A DNA stretch of 64,000 bases from Isurus oxyrinchus (Eukaryota): the NCBI GenBank assembly GCA_026770705.1, contig JANJGN010000013.1, forward strand, positions 129,580,001 to 129,644,000, given 5' to 3'. Shown here piece by piece: positions 52,898-64,000 of the stretch. Under the pieces are notes generated by a model. That model had not been told where the DNA came from. It did no database searches and was given only the letters and a program-made list of their open reading frames with translations. The first letter of the stretch is position 1, and the number at the start of each line of letters is the position of its first letter. The translations under genes and the position numbers were made by a program.

Positions 52898-54932
52898 TGA
52901 AAGAATCAATAAAAATAGTAAAGGGTGGCAGAAGTTTGGAACTCTTCTGCAAATACAATTGATGTTGGGTTAATTGTTAACTTTAAACCTGAATTTGATA
53001 GATCTCCGGTAAGTTATTAAGCGAGCTGGGGCAGAGATGGGTGTATAGATTAGGTCACAGATCAGCCATGATCTCACTGAATGGTGGAACAGGCTTGAGG
53101 GACTAAATAGTTTGGTCATGTTTCTATGCTATAATTCGAAGGATAAATGTTGACCAGGACACCAGTTCATTAAGGATTTTGGACAACTTGTCCTGAGCCA
53201 CACAGTAATTAAATTATGAGGACTGGTTCCATAAAATTTGCTTGTATTTCCCTGAGTTTCCCTAGCACCTCCTTGAATAAAACGTAAGCTTGTACATCCA
53301 TCTGGTTAATTTAACGTCTCAACCGAAAGACACTACCTCTGACAATTCTGCACACCTTGAGGTTCTGCAATGCTTACGTAGAGTTGGAATGTTTCAGATC
53401 GGTTTCTTTGCCACATTCTAACTGAATAGCTTTGGGGAGAAAAGCTGGTATTGGCAAAATTATTTTGATTATTAAAGTTGCTACTAATTCTACAAGCTTA
53501 ATTAATAAAACAAAATGCATAAAAGCTCAAGTCTAATGCTTTGACTTTTTACATCCTCTTTAACACAGCAAAAGCTTATTCAAGTAATTAAAGATAAAAG
53601 CAGATTGCCTAAGACTATATTGCTCAAGCCAGGAGGCAATAGCCAGAGGACACTTGGTCTATTTTGTTAAACCTTTACTTGCTCCATTGTCTTCTCAGGT
53701 TTCAAATTCCGGGCAACAATTTATCAAAAGAGGAAAAGCTACTATTTCACATCTGGAATGGATAACAATCTTAAATTTACCAGCGGCTGTAATTTAGCCC
53801 AAATCTGTGAAACAAATATTAATTCAGTGGCAGGGTCAGCACAAGATCTGCAACAGTGGTTTGAATTTCAGGATGGATGGTCAATCTATTGTTTTTTGTA
53901 TTAAACAACATTGATTTCTGCGACATTATTTGCTAAATATGCCAGTGGCAGAAACAATCTAAGTCAGAACATTCTCCCTTAGGGCTTATTTTTCTAATTT
54001 TTACATATAACACATCTCTCACATGGTGGCATGGATTAAACCACAAAAAATATTTATCACCAAATGGCCAGGGGTGACTAGCTATAAAATGAAGCTTCAT
54101 GAATTTATGTTAAGTACGCTCTTGCAAAAGTTTAGCTCTCCTAAAATATGGCTGCTAAAGACATCTGAAGGCAGAACATTAAATAAGCTAGCGATATATT
54201 TCACTTTGACTTCTCAGCCTAACAATTACTGTTGGTCAAATTTGTAGGCACATGTTTAACATGCTTCTATAAAATTCTTCTGTCACTTTAACAGAAGTTG
54301 TAACCTATTTAAAATAAACTAGTGAATGCTGCTGTTAAAACAGCATTTGTCAGGAACAGTCATTTTTAGGATCTTAATCTAACAATGCGGGCGGCCAGAA
54401 TATCAGGCAAAGCAGACCAACTGGATCCTGAGTTGAAAAATATCAGATCTGACAATGGTGAAACAATTAGAAAGGTGCTGATTCTTGAGAGATATTTTTT
54501 AATTCTGTAAGGAAACATGCCCTAGAAAGGGCCGGCCATAACTGGTACTGGTGGGAAAGAACCTTTAGTTTTCTTGCAATCATATTTTCAGGGCATATTC
54601 CCTTTATTTTCTTGTTTAAGTGGCTAATCTATATACCATAATACAAAGAGATCTTGATGCACACCAGCAGGCTCTGGTAGGCAGCTTTAATATTATCTGA
54701 CTTAATCTGGAGACGTTTATACAAACGCAACCGCCACAGGGAAATACATTTCAGACTTGAATATATTTAAGGCTGAGATCAACAGATTTTTGGTCTCTTA
54801 GGGAATCAAGGAATACCAGAAGTGGACAGCAAAGTGGTGATGAAGCCGAGGATCAGCCATGATCGCACCGAATGGAGGAGCAGGCTCAATGGGCCACAAA
54901 GTCTACTCTGCTCCTATTTCCTTTGTTCTTAT

Positions 54933-55621
54933 GGGCTGAATCTTCTGGTTGGCATGCGGGAGCGGGCCCGACACACTTACGCGTAAAATAACACGTGATG
55001 ACATCAGGCATACGTCCCGACATCATTGCGTGTCATTCCAATATTTCATTTGGAGGGCGCGCGCCAGAGGCGGCTGCACACCTGCTGAAATGTCAATAGC
55101 CTATAAAGGCCATTAAAAAAGTACTTAACCTAGTTAAGAATGCTGCCCGCCCAACCTTAAGAGCCCAAGCGGCCTTCCTGTTTTTCAGGAAACCCTATCC
55201 ACGGGTGGGATGAGGTTTCCTGAAGCTTTTATAAAATAATTAAATAAATTTCCCTAAACTTCACAAACATGTCCCAGCTCACGTGACCCTGTCACATGAG
55301 CGGACATGCTTCAATAAATTTTTACTTTATTTATTAAAGAGTCTTATAATCCATTCAATCTCCCTGAGGCAGCTCTGTGTCTCAGGGAGATTGCTATGCT
55401 CTTTCACGCAAATGAGCAAAAGAGCGCAAGCCCCGACTCTCCCTCCTCTCCCCACCTGCACAGGTAGTGCTGAGCACTACTGGCCACGTGTTAAGCTGGG
55501 TGGGCCTTAATTGGCCCGCCTGCGTAAAATGGCGGCCGCAGGCAATCATGGGCAGTGATCAGCTCCACACCCGGCCCACCCACTCCCGCCGAGCTTACCC
55601 ACCATTGGAAAAATTCTCCCC
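54933..55621. mobile_element. Harbinger MITE (same family as 21721-22415)
   Basis: Collinear with 21721-22415 (aggccattaaaaaag, ccaaccttaa, taattggccc...aaaatggcgg); degenerate TIR; TSD tat/tct. Confidence 0.78.
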
Positions 55622-57320
55622 TCTGAAATCACAATGGTGTTATTTACAATAGAAACTCTGATGCCATATGAAGTGTGTTAGAACAATTTGTTTGTTGTGG
55701 TGTGACAGTCCACAAAATTAACATGTCACGCAATTTGCAGCTTAAGCATTGAAAGCGTTCATGACAAGTAACAACGGTAGTAGACGTGCCAGTATCTGAG
55801 TGATCACAAATCTTTGGTTTGTGAATCTAGACATTTGTAGCAAAAGAAAATTGCCCAGCAATTGTACAGAGCAGAATTCAAGTTTGTGCTTTCCGATACA
55901 TTGCATTCCCTATCAAAACTGTTCCACTATGAAAAAAAAAGAAAGGTGCCTCGTGCTGCATGAAGGCTTCAGGAAAGGGGAATAGGAAGAAAATAAATCA
56001 ATATTTCTTTGAAAAACAAATTAAAAAACAAAACAATTTGTTTAAAATACTCAGTTCAAAGTCTATGATGTAGCAACCAGCTGGTGTATTCTAAAGAGGT
56101 TTGTGACCTTTACACTGAAGATAAATGGATCACATAATGAATGCTCATATCCCAGAAACAAGCACCAGATTCAGCCACTACATGTGCTTTGAATCAGCTA
56201 AACAGAAAAATGTTTTTGTCTAAATTTAACAACATTCCTCACTTTGTTCATCTGCTGTGGCCAGACAAGCATAGCAAATACAGCATTTGAGAACAGCAGA
56301 TTACGAGAAACAGTTTTAATACATCAATTTTCTTGGACTTCAAGGTCAACAGTAGTTCCCCCCCGACCCCCTCAAAGATAAAAAAGAAAGCTTTGACCTG
56401 TAAGTATTAATAAAAATGTTACTCAGAATTTTTCTTCTGAAATGGTGAGCTCCATATCCATTTTCAGTCTTGTAAAAAATCAGCAAATACCTAGACTCAA
56501 CGAAGCCCAAAACAATATGGATTTGATGAAACCCATTTCATGCCGAAGCCCAATATCAAAGTTATAGCCATACTGAAAGTCCTCTTGAAGCATTATGGCT
56601 GTGGCACACCAATGGAGTAACTAGCACTTAACGTTTAAGAAAAGTCTAAAAGGAGGAAATACTTTCTAGTCATTTTCACCTTCACCAGCTGGTAATCTGG
56701 TTCAGAGGATCACCTGTCCATTGTAGCATGTGTTCTATTTTCATCCCATTGATTTCCAATAGTCAAGGTGAAAATTATCCCAGTGTATTTACTCTTAGAT
56801 AGACAATGAACACTTCCAACAAATCTACCCCTCCTGAGCCACGCATTCTCCTTTAAAGAGACATCACCATTCCGTATTTGCTGTTAACTTGTACATGTGT
56901 AAGTGCTGCAGTTACTTAAGTAATTTGATCATTTTGCCACTGTGCTTTGATAGTTCTATTTTTTTCACAATACCCTCAGGCAAACTGAAAAAAAAAGCAG
57001 ATTATTACGCATCACCAAAAAATGTGATGTAAGAATAGGGTACGGGGAAAAGGCAGGGCAATAGCATTAGGTCATAATGCTCATTTGGAGAGCCGGTGCA
57101 GAAACAATGGGCCGATGGCCTCCTTCTGTTCCATTAAAACTCTGTGATGCTGAGACTGTTGAATAAAATGATGTATAAGACCGTATTTAGAGGCTTGCAG
57201 GCTTGTCAAAACTGTCAAACGGTTGCCACTTAATCTATGTTTGTGACAGTGCTGTCTGACATCCAGTACTAGATAAGTAGAAATTTCTGCCAATTAAATA
57301 GTGGGAAGACCAAAGTCTTT

Positions 57321-57798
57321 GGGCAGAATTTTAACCTTTGGATCTGCTCGCAGCAGGGGAAATCGACAATGAGTTGGGAGTCTGAAAGGTGGTAGAGCGG
57401 GCTTTGCCATGGCTTTTTAACTCAGCAACAAAATTAGCGTCTTTCTTCTGGGTTTCCCAACAAATCAGAGCAGATGCACATGATCACAGCCCATTCCTGA
57501 CTGTTCAAGTTTCACTATTTAAAGGAATTCCAGCAAGGATCAGAATGGATCCATTGTGTAATTATCAGGACAGAAACAGCAACTGTACTGATGAAGCCTC
57601 AAATTGGGAAGTGGGATTCTGGTTCTTGGAGGCATCCATGAAGGTAATGCTGTGGTTTTGTAAGTTTAGAAATGTGTACAAGTTAAATGCAGGAGTTGGC
57701 CGGTTCCTGCTGAGTTCCCAACACACCAGCATTTTTTTGGTCTTTTAACATCCCCACAAGTGCCCGCCCCACCTCCTATTAGAGGTTAAAATTTCCCC
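57321..57798. mobile_element. Harbinger-type MITE inserted in an L2 fragment
   Basis: TIR gggcagaattttaacc / ggttaaaatttcccc. Confidence 0.65.
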
Positions 57799-57799
57799 T

Positions 57800-58580
57800 G
57801 TCTTCAAGCCACCAACTACATCCCTCTCCCTGACAACTGACTGAGGCAGAAACAGACTGATCACAACTTTAGACATGTGACCAAGATGATTTTTCAACCA
57901 CTTATTGGCACCATCATTAAGACCTTCTATTTCCACCTCCATAAAATTGCCTGGCTCTCCCCCTGCCTCAGCTTATCCTTTGGTGAAACCCTCATCCATG
58001 CCTTTGTAACCTCGAGATTTAGCTATTCTAATGCACTCTTGGCTGATCTCCCATGTTTGACCCACCTGCTCCCAAACTTGGCGCCATCCAAAACTCTATT
58101 GCCTGTATCCTAATTCGCACCAAATCCCATTCACCCCTGTGCTCACTTATCTGCACTGGTTCCTGGTTAAGTAAAGCTTGATGTTAAAATTCTCATCCAG
58201 GCTTTCAAATCCCTTTATGACCTCGCCCCTCCCTATCTCTATAATCTCCTCCAGCCTCATAACTCCAGCCCCCCAAGATATCTGCGTTCCTCTAATACTG
58301 GCCTCATGAGAATTCTCAATTTTAATCACTCCACCATTGGTGGCCATACTTTCAGATACCTGGGCCATAAGCTCTAGAATTCTCTCCCTAAACCTCTCCA
58401 CCTCGCCTTTCTCCTTTAACACAAATCTTAAATCTATCTTTTTGACCAAACTTTTGGTTATCTGCTCTAAATGCCTCTTTATGTGACTCGGTGTCATTTT
58501 TTTATGATGCCCCTCTGAACCACCTTGGGACATTTTGTAAAGTTAGAGGTACTATATAAATAGAAGTTGTTGCTGTTGCT
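57800..58580 (+). mobile_element. L2 LINE 3' end
   Basis: FHLHKIA...ETLIHAFVTSRFSYSNALL and a (gtt/gct)n tail. Confidence 0.85.
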
Positions 58581-59224
58581 ATCGAAGCCTTCCTATGAAA
58601 CCATCTGCAATGAAAGTTAGTATCAACCATGCTTCAGCCATTAGGGTAGCATTGCCTAATGGTGCCTGCAAAATAGGCATTAAGGGACAAGGTCCTTAAG
58701 GCACAAAAACAAATAGTTCTGTTTTGTGTCTATTATTGGGTGTATTGTTGGAAAGGTTTTTTCTTGGTGGCTTTTATTTCAGAATTTTAGTCAAGAAAGT
58801 GTGCGATGGTACGTAACGGAATGGATTGTAAGTTGGAGAATTAAGGAGCAATGGTGACGATGGGATGACATCTTAGGAGAACCCAGTCTCAATAGCCACT
58901 CATGGACATCCCGGCTGGAGCAAAGAGGTCCTAGATGCCTGCTCCCTGTTGGCTCCTCCAAGGTGGCTTCCTAATATCTGGTGGCAAGGGTTGCATCCTC
59001 GTGATAGTGAGATTGTGAAGGACGCAGCAGATTGCCATGAACTTGGTCCCACTCTGGTGAGCATTGGAGGACTCGCACCAAAAGGCCCAGGCAGCAGAAC
59101 TGTGACTTCAGAACACAGATGGTCTGGCCCACATCATCCCTTGTGACTGCATGTCACTCATTAAAAACATGTTGTTCACATGTGGTCAGGTGATTCGCTA
59201 GCAAGAGAGAAGACTACGAAGTCC

Positions 59225-59800
59225 CCTCACTTGGCATACAGGGCCTCACTTACCTCCCTCATGCAACAATGGGTGATAGAGCTGAGAAATGTGGCCATGT
59301 CACTTGCTCTCACCTGGAAGGATACACTTGCATAGAAGATGAGGGTAATGGTGACTTTGTCGGCCACTAGCTGTGACTTCCTTCCCTGCTGTGCAGCCGT
59401 AGGTCCTGTTGAAGTGGCCACAGTTCAGTGGCCATCTCCTTGGTGATTGTAGGCACCTCTCATACATTGTTCCTGGCTGAGGTGGAGAAATGCTTCCTGA
59501 ATACTTTTGGTAAGTAGAGCCATCTATTGAGAGCCTTCCTCCTACTCCCTCTGCATAAAGTATCCTCTCTCTCCAGCCTATGTTCCATGCCTCTGTTGTG
59601 ATACAACCCAAGGGGATCTGTAGCTATAATCATCATTAGTCAAGCAGGCTTTCTGTTGACAGGGCTGCAAACTCCTCTGACCTCCCTGTCAGGATGCAGC
59701 AACACTGACATTGAAAGCCAGCAGGTTACCATAACTGGAATACACCACAACACTTCTATAAACTTTGCAGGAGCAAAAGCAAGTCAAAATCACATCATCT
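59225..59800 (-). pseudogene. Harbinger transposase N-terminal remnant
   Basis: 'VADKVTITLIFYASVSFQ...HCCMREVSEALYAK'. Confidence 0.65.
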
Positions 59801-61370
59801 GGAAGTTACATGGCCAAATAATGCAAATGGAGGTGCTGGGGGGTAGTGTTGGGGTGGGCGGTATGTGTTCAGCTCTGAGTGAATAGGAGAGGGTCTTAAC
59901 TGGGCCTATATAGTTTAAATTAGAAGGTGAGTCAACTCAAACATCACAATCTGACCACTTTGCATACTTTTGGTGTGTGTATAGCATGCCTCCGTTAGCG
60001 CCCTGTTTGTGCAGTTCTGATCACATTACCTAAGGAAGCGTATGCCTGTCTTAGAGGGAATCCAATAAAGTTTAATTCAACTGATTCAAGGGATGAGGTG
60101 ATTGGCTTATGAAAAAAAGATTGAGTAGAAAAGGAGGTAATCTCATTAAAACCGGCAAGATTCTTAAGGAACTTGATAGCACAGATGCTGGGAGGGTGTT
60201 TCCCCTGGTTGGCAAGTCTAGATGTAAGAGTCACAGGACCAGATTTTCAAAGTCAGCCGAACTCTGGAGACCTTTAAAAATGGCTGGTGGGACCCAGATG
60301 CACAAATCCTGGCCCCATTTCCGACAAAGGGAAGGGGAGCAGGGAGTGAATCACACAGGAAACCTGAACTCAGCAGAGCCATTTGAAATTAGTGATGAGT
60401 TCAAACAAACCCCATTTTCACTGTTCCATGGGTCTTAACCCACAATGTGATAGTCACAAATTTATGGAATAGACTTAAATATTTGTGAAGGGTAGAAAGC
60501 TCTGTTTAAGGGCAGGATTTTCATGATAGAGATGGGTAGTTTAAGTCGAGGAATTTCCCAACTCAGCAGACCCGCATCTGTTTAAAGTGCCCCCATTTTC
60601 AACCAATTTTCACTCTGGGGAGGCAGGGACGGAATAGAATTAGGCCTGCTGACCCCAGAGCAGATCGTTGGCAAAAGCAGGCCAGGTAAGTGCCATGATG
60701 GGCTGGTTAGGAGGCCTGCCTCAGTTATCTGGGACTTGTCCCAGTTGTTTTAACCTTCACAACCCCTCGCTCCCCCACCCAATTCCCATTCCTTCTCTAT
60801 GGTACCTGACACCCCTAGGCCGCCTCCATAGCTGCTCACAAGTATCCACTATGGGCAGACCTCAGGAGCCATGTGAAGATAAAAAAAATCCTAACAATCT
60901 AATAGAGCTCTCACTCATACACACTTGATATTGGAAAAAGACTCCCGTTCATGAAACCCATTCAATGATGTTTAATCTCCCTCAAGTGTTTAATCTGTTA
61001 TAACATCAAACTTCTATTCCATAACTACAAATCCTTTAATAGCCTCCAAACTGTCAATCAAAATGTGAACTCAGCCACCCCGCTGATATAAGTGCTGTTG
61101 TAGTTTTTGAAACTCAGCCAAGCATTTATAATGACCTTGGCTGTAATAACAGCCCTTGGGTGACGACAACAAAGAACTCAATTGAAATTGCTGGAACAGA
61201 TGGTGATGGTGTTTGCTAAACTACACCAGGTGGCATGACAATCAAAGCAGTCCTCGGGCAGAGGGTTTTTTTTTAAACACTAGCTGACAGATTCAGCCTG
61301 TTTTGTTTCATATTTAAAGTACTGGGGATTTGGAAAAAAATCAGATCATGCCTTATCTGCCCTTCACAAG

Positions 61371-62820
61371 TGTTAGTGTTGAATTGTGCTACAATAGAGT
61401 ACATGCTTTAAGTTGGTAATCAAGACCAGCTGTCCACAATTGGGGAAATAATAGGGCTTCATTACAAAAGCATAAAAAGGTGTTTACACTGGGTGTTGGG
61501 GGGAATTGGAAGAGTGTGTGTCTTTACTTTGGTACAGGCTGGCTTTAGACTCATCCTTTCCTCAACATACGAATATCAGAGTTAACATGGTAGCAAGGGA
61601 TGAACATTAAACTCTGGTGATTGGTTGTTGAATAAGAAATGTTTTGTATCCATCTTCTGAGAAAAAAAGAAGCATACTACTCCTGACAACATCAGTAATA
61701 GAAAGGATGATGCGAAATCTCAAGCTTTGACTATTGAACAGTTTTTTCAGAGGCAGAACCATATCAACAATGTAAAAATGAATTTGAAATGTGGACATGG
61801 GTTATCTCGTTACGCTGAAGGAAGCAAGGTATGACCTTGGCTTTGTCATTATCAGCAAAAAGTAAGACTAGGAGTAAAGCATTTTCAGAATTGGATGTGG
61901 GTGACTTGGACACTGAAGAGGGATTAACCCTTGTATTACTGTTTTAGGATAAGTTTTACAAAAAGGATGATTTGATGGAGCAAATGAAGTATGGTCAACT
62001 TTTGACAGATTTAAGAAAACAATCAGTCCATGGAGTATACTATGGACTTTGGTAAGTGGTCTAAGAGACTGAAAAAGTTTAACCTTGAAATCTCAGAGTC
62101 TATATTGGCTTTCAAATTACTGGACCGTGCACAAACTTCTCATGTCGATAGACTTTTGGTTTTGACATGGATTCAATTTCCTGTAAAAGATTTGCTCCTA
62201 GACCAAATGGCTGCTGCCCTAAAAAGTTATTTGGGAAAGCAGTCATTTCCAGCTAATTTTTCACCAACTACAGGCAATTCTGCTGTAAAGCAAAGGATGG
62301 AAGAAGTTCGAGATTACCAAAATATTAGACACAGATTTCAGTACAAACACAAGGTTATGATAGATGATCTGAAGACGGTCACACTTACAGCCAATTTGAG
62401 AGTCGAGTCATAAAGCAGGTCTGGGATGGCGACCATAGGTGCTTGAACCCAAGAAATCTACGGGGAGCGATTAATTGGTGTTATTCGTGTGATTCTAAAT
62501 ATCATTACACAATGAATTGCCCTCAGCGAAAGAATCGTGTTTTTGAAGTAACACATGAAACAGATAATTCCAGTGCTGAGAATGATGATGGTGACTGCCA
62601 CGAAGGAATTGTGCTGGTCACTGGGAATTTGAATCCAGTGATGAGTATTTTGGTTGCTGATTCGTTCAACTATGCAGTACTGGATAGCGGGCGCACTTCC
62701 AGCGTGTGGGGTGCATTGGCTAAATTGCTACCTGGAATCTCTCTATGAGGCAGATCGGTGGAAGTTTAAGGAGTATGGAAGTTCCATGTGTTTTAGCTTT
62801 GGGAACAACAACATGCTAAT
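61371..62820 (+). mobile_element. Decayed Ty1/Copia (GalEa-like) LTR retrotransposon: 5' LTR 61371-61587, PBS, gag and protease
   Basis: LTR tgtta...taaca; PBS tggtagcaagggatg, close to the tRNA-iMet complement tggtagcagaggatg; gag 'ISESILAFKLL'; zinc knuckle CYSCDSKYHYTMNC; protease AVLDSG. Confidence 0.78.
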
Positions 62821-62825
62821 GCCAA

Positions 62826-64000
62826 ATTCAGAAACAAAAATACCTGGAAAAACTCAGCAGGTCTGGCAGCATCTGTGGAGAGGAACACAGTTAACGTTTC
62901 GAGTCCGCATGACTCTTCAACAGAACTATGGAAAAATGGAAAAGGGGTGAAATACAAGCTGGTTTAAGGGGGGGGTGGGACATGAAGAGCTAGATAGAGG
63001 GCCAGTGATAGGTGGAGATAACCAAAAGATGTCACAGATAAAAGGACAAAGAGGTGTTGAAGGTGGTGATATTATCTAAAGGAATGTGATAATTAAGGGT
63101 AGAAAGCAGGACGAGCAAGGTACAGATAGCCCTGGTAGGGGTGGGGTGGGGTGAAGGAATCGAAAAAGGCTAAAAGGTAGAGATAAAACAATGGATGGAA
63201 ATACATTTAAAAATAATGGAAGTAGGTGGGAAAAGAAAAATCTATATAAATTATTGGAAAAAAAAGGGGGGAATCGGAAAGGGGGTGGGGATGAAGGAGA
63301 GAGTTCATGATCTAAAATTGTTGAACTCAATATTCAGTCTGGAAGGCTGTAAAGTGCCTAGTCGGAAGATGAGGTATTGTTCCTCCAGTTTGCGTTGAGC
63401 TTCATTGGAACAGTGCAGCAAGCCAAGGATGGACATGTGGGCGTGAGAGCAGGGTAGAGTGTTGAAATGGAAAGCGACAGGAAGGTCTGGGTAATGCTTG
63501 CGGACAGACCGAAGGTGTTCTGTAAAGCGGTCACCTAGTCTGTGTTTGGTCTCTCCAATGTAGGGGAAACTACATTGGGAGTAACAAATGCAGTAGACTA
63601 AGTTGAGGGAAGTGCAAATGAAATGCTGCTTCACTTGAAATGAGTGTTTGGACCCTTGGACGGTGAGGAGAGGGGAAGTAAAAGGGCAGGTGTTGTATCT
63701 TCTGTGGTTGCATGGGAAGGTGCCGTGGGAGGGGGTTGAGGTGTAGGGGGTGATGGAGGAGTGGACCAGGGTGTCATGGAGGGAACGATCCCTATTGAAT
63801 GCCGCCAGGGGGGTGAAGGGAAGATGTATTTGGTAGTGGCATCATGCTGGAGTTGGCGGAAACGGCGGAGGATAATCCTTTGAATGTGGAGGCTGGTGGA
63901 GTGATAAGACACTTCCTCCTACCTCTCCCTGGACAATGACTCCACCACTGAACATCAAGCTATTGGTTCCAGGACCTCATCTCCTCTGGAGATCTTCCTT
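62826..64000 (-). mobile_element. Penelope-like retroelement: GIY-YIG endonuclease (63305-63634) and 3' pLTR with a hammerhead motif
   Basis: NLVYCI...C...YIGETKHRLGDRFTEH...HF...E...LNIE; pLTR homologous to 45480 and 25372. Confidence 0.92.
62889..62927 (-). ncRNA. Hammerhead ribozyme-like motif with variant core CUGUUGA
   Basis: AGTT-CTGTTGA-A-GAGTC atgcg GACTC-GAAAC-GTT-AACT, with a perfect stem II. Confidence 0.6.

Larger units (their letters stand above)
51475..53130 (+). mobile_element. Decayed CR1 LINE hosting nested RTE and SINE insertions
   Basis: [13 protein letters not shown] at ~51500; resumes at 52226 (KANGIL...LVRAHLEY) and ends in the CR1 3' UTR at ~53120. Confidence 0.75.

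Noticed and set aside
47344-64000. Next upstream LRGUK exon (P-loop, GPxxxGK)
   Set aside because: Not found by eye on the minus strand; probably beyond the right edge of the window, though a missed exon cannot be excluded.

Overview
Eukaryotic, repeat-rich vertebrate genomic DNA. The repeat content (CR1/L2 LINEs, tRNA-derived and Deu-domain SINEs, PIF/Harbinger, Penelope) points to a cartilaginous fish, probably a shark; this is an inference. The whole window lies inside one minus-strand host gene, LRGUK (leucine-rich repeat and guanylate kinase domain protein). Five internal exons (47247-47343, 23748-23861, 5144-5345, 3594-3713, 1287-1438) have GT-AG boundaries and compatible phases, and they encode the guanylate-kinase-like domain and the segment after it. 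The introns are filled with mostly decayed transposons. The most notable items are: a spacer-less ~570-bp palindromic Penelope-like insertion with a 14-bp TSD and hammerhead-ribozyme motifs whose core is CUGUYGA instead of CUGANGA; a two-gene Harbinger nested in another Harbinger; a sense-oriented solo LTR; a Copia (GalEa-like) element with a tRNA-iMet PBS; a teleost-like Rex3/Expander RTE; and a local tandem duplication. No CRISPR, rRNA or genuine tRNA genes were seen. I cannot claim a wholly new biological system. Family assignments are from recalled motifs, not database searches.
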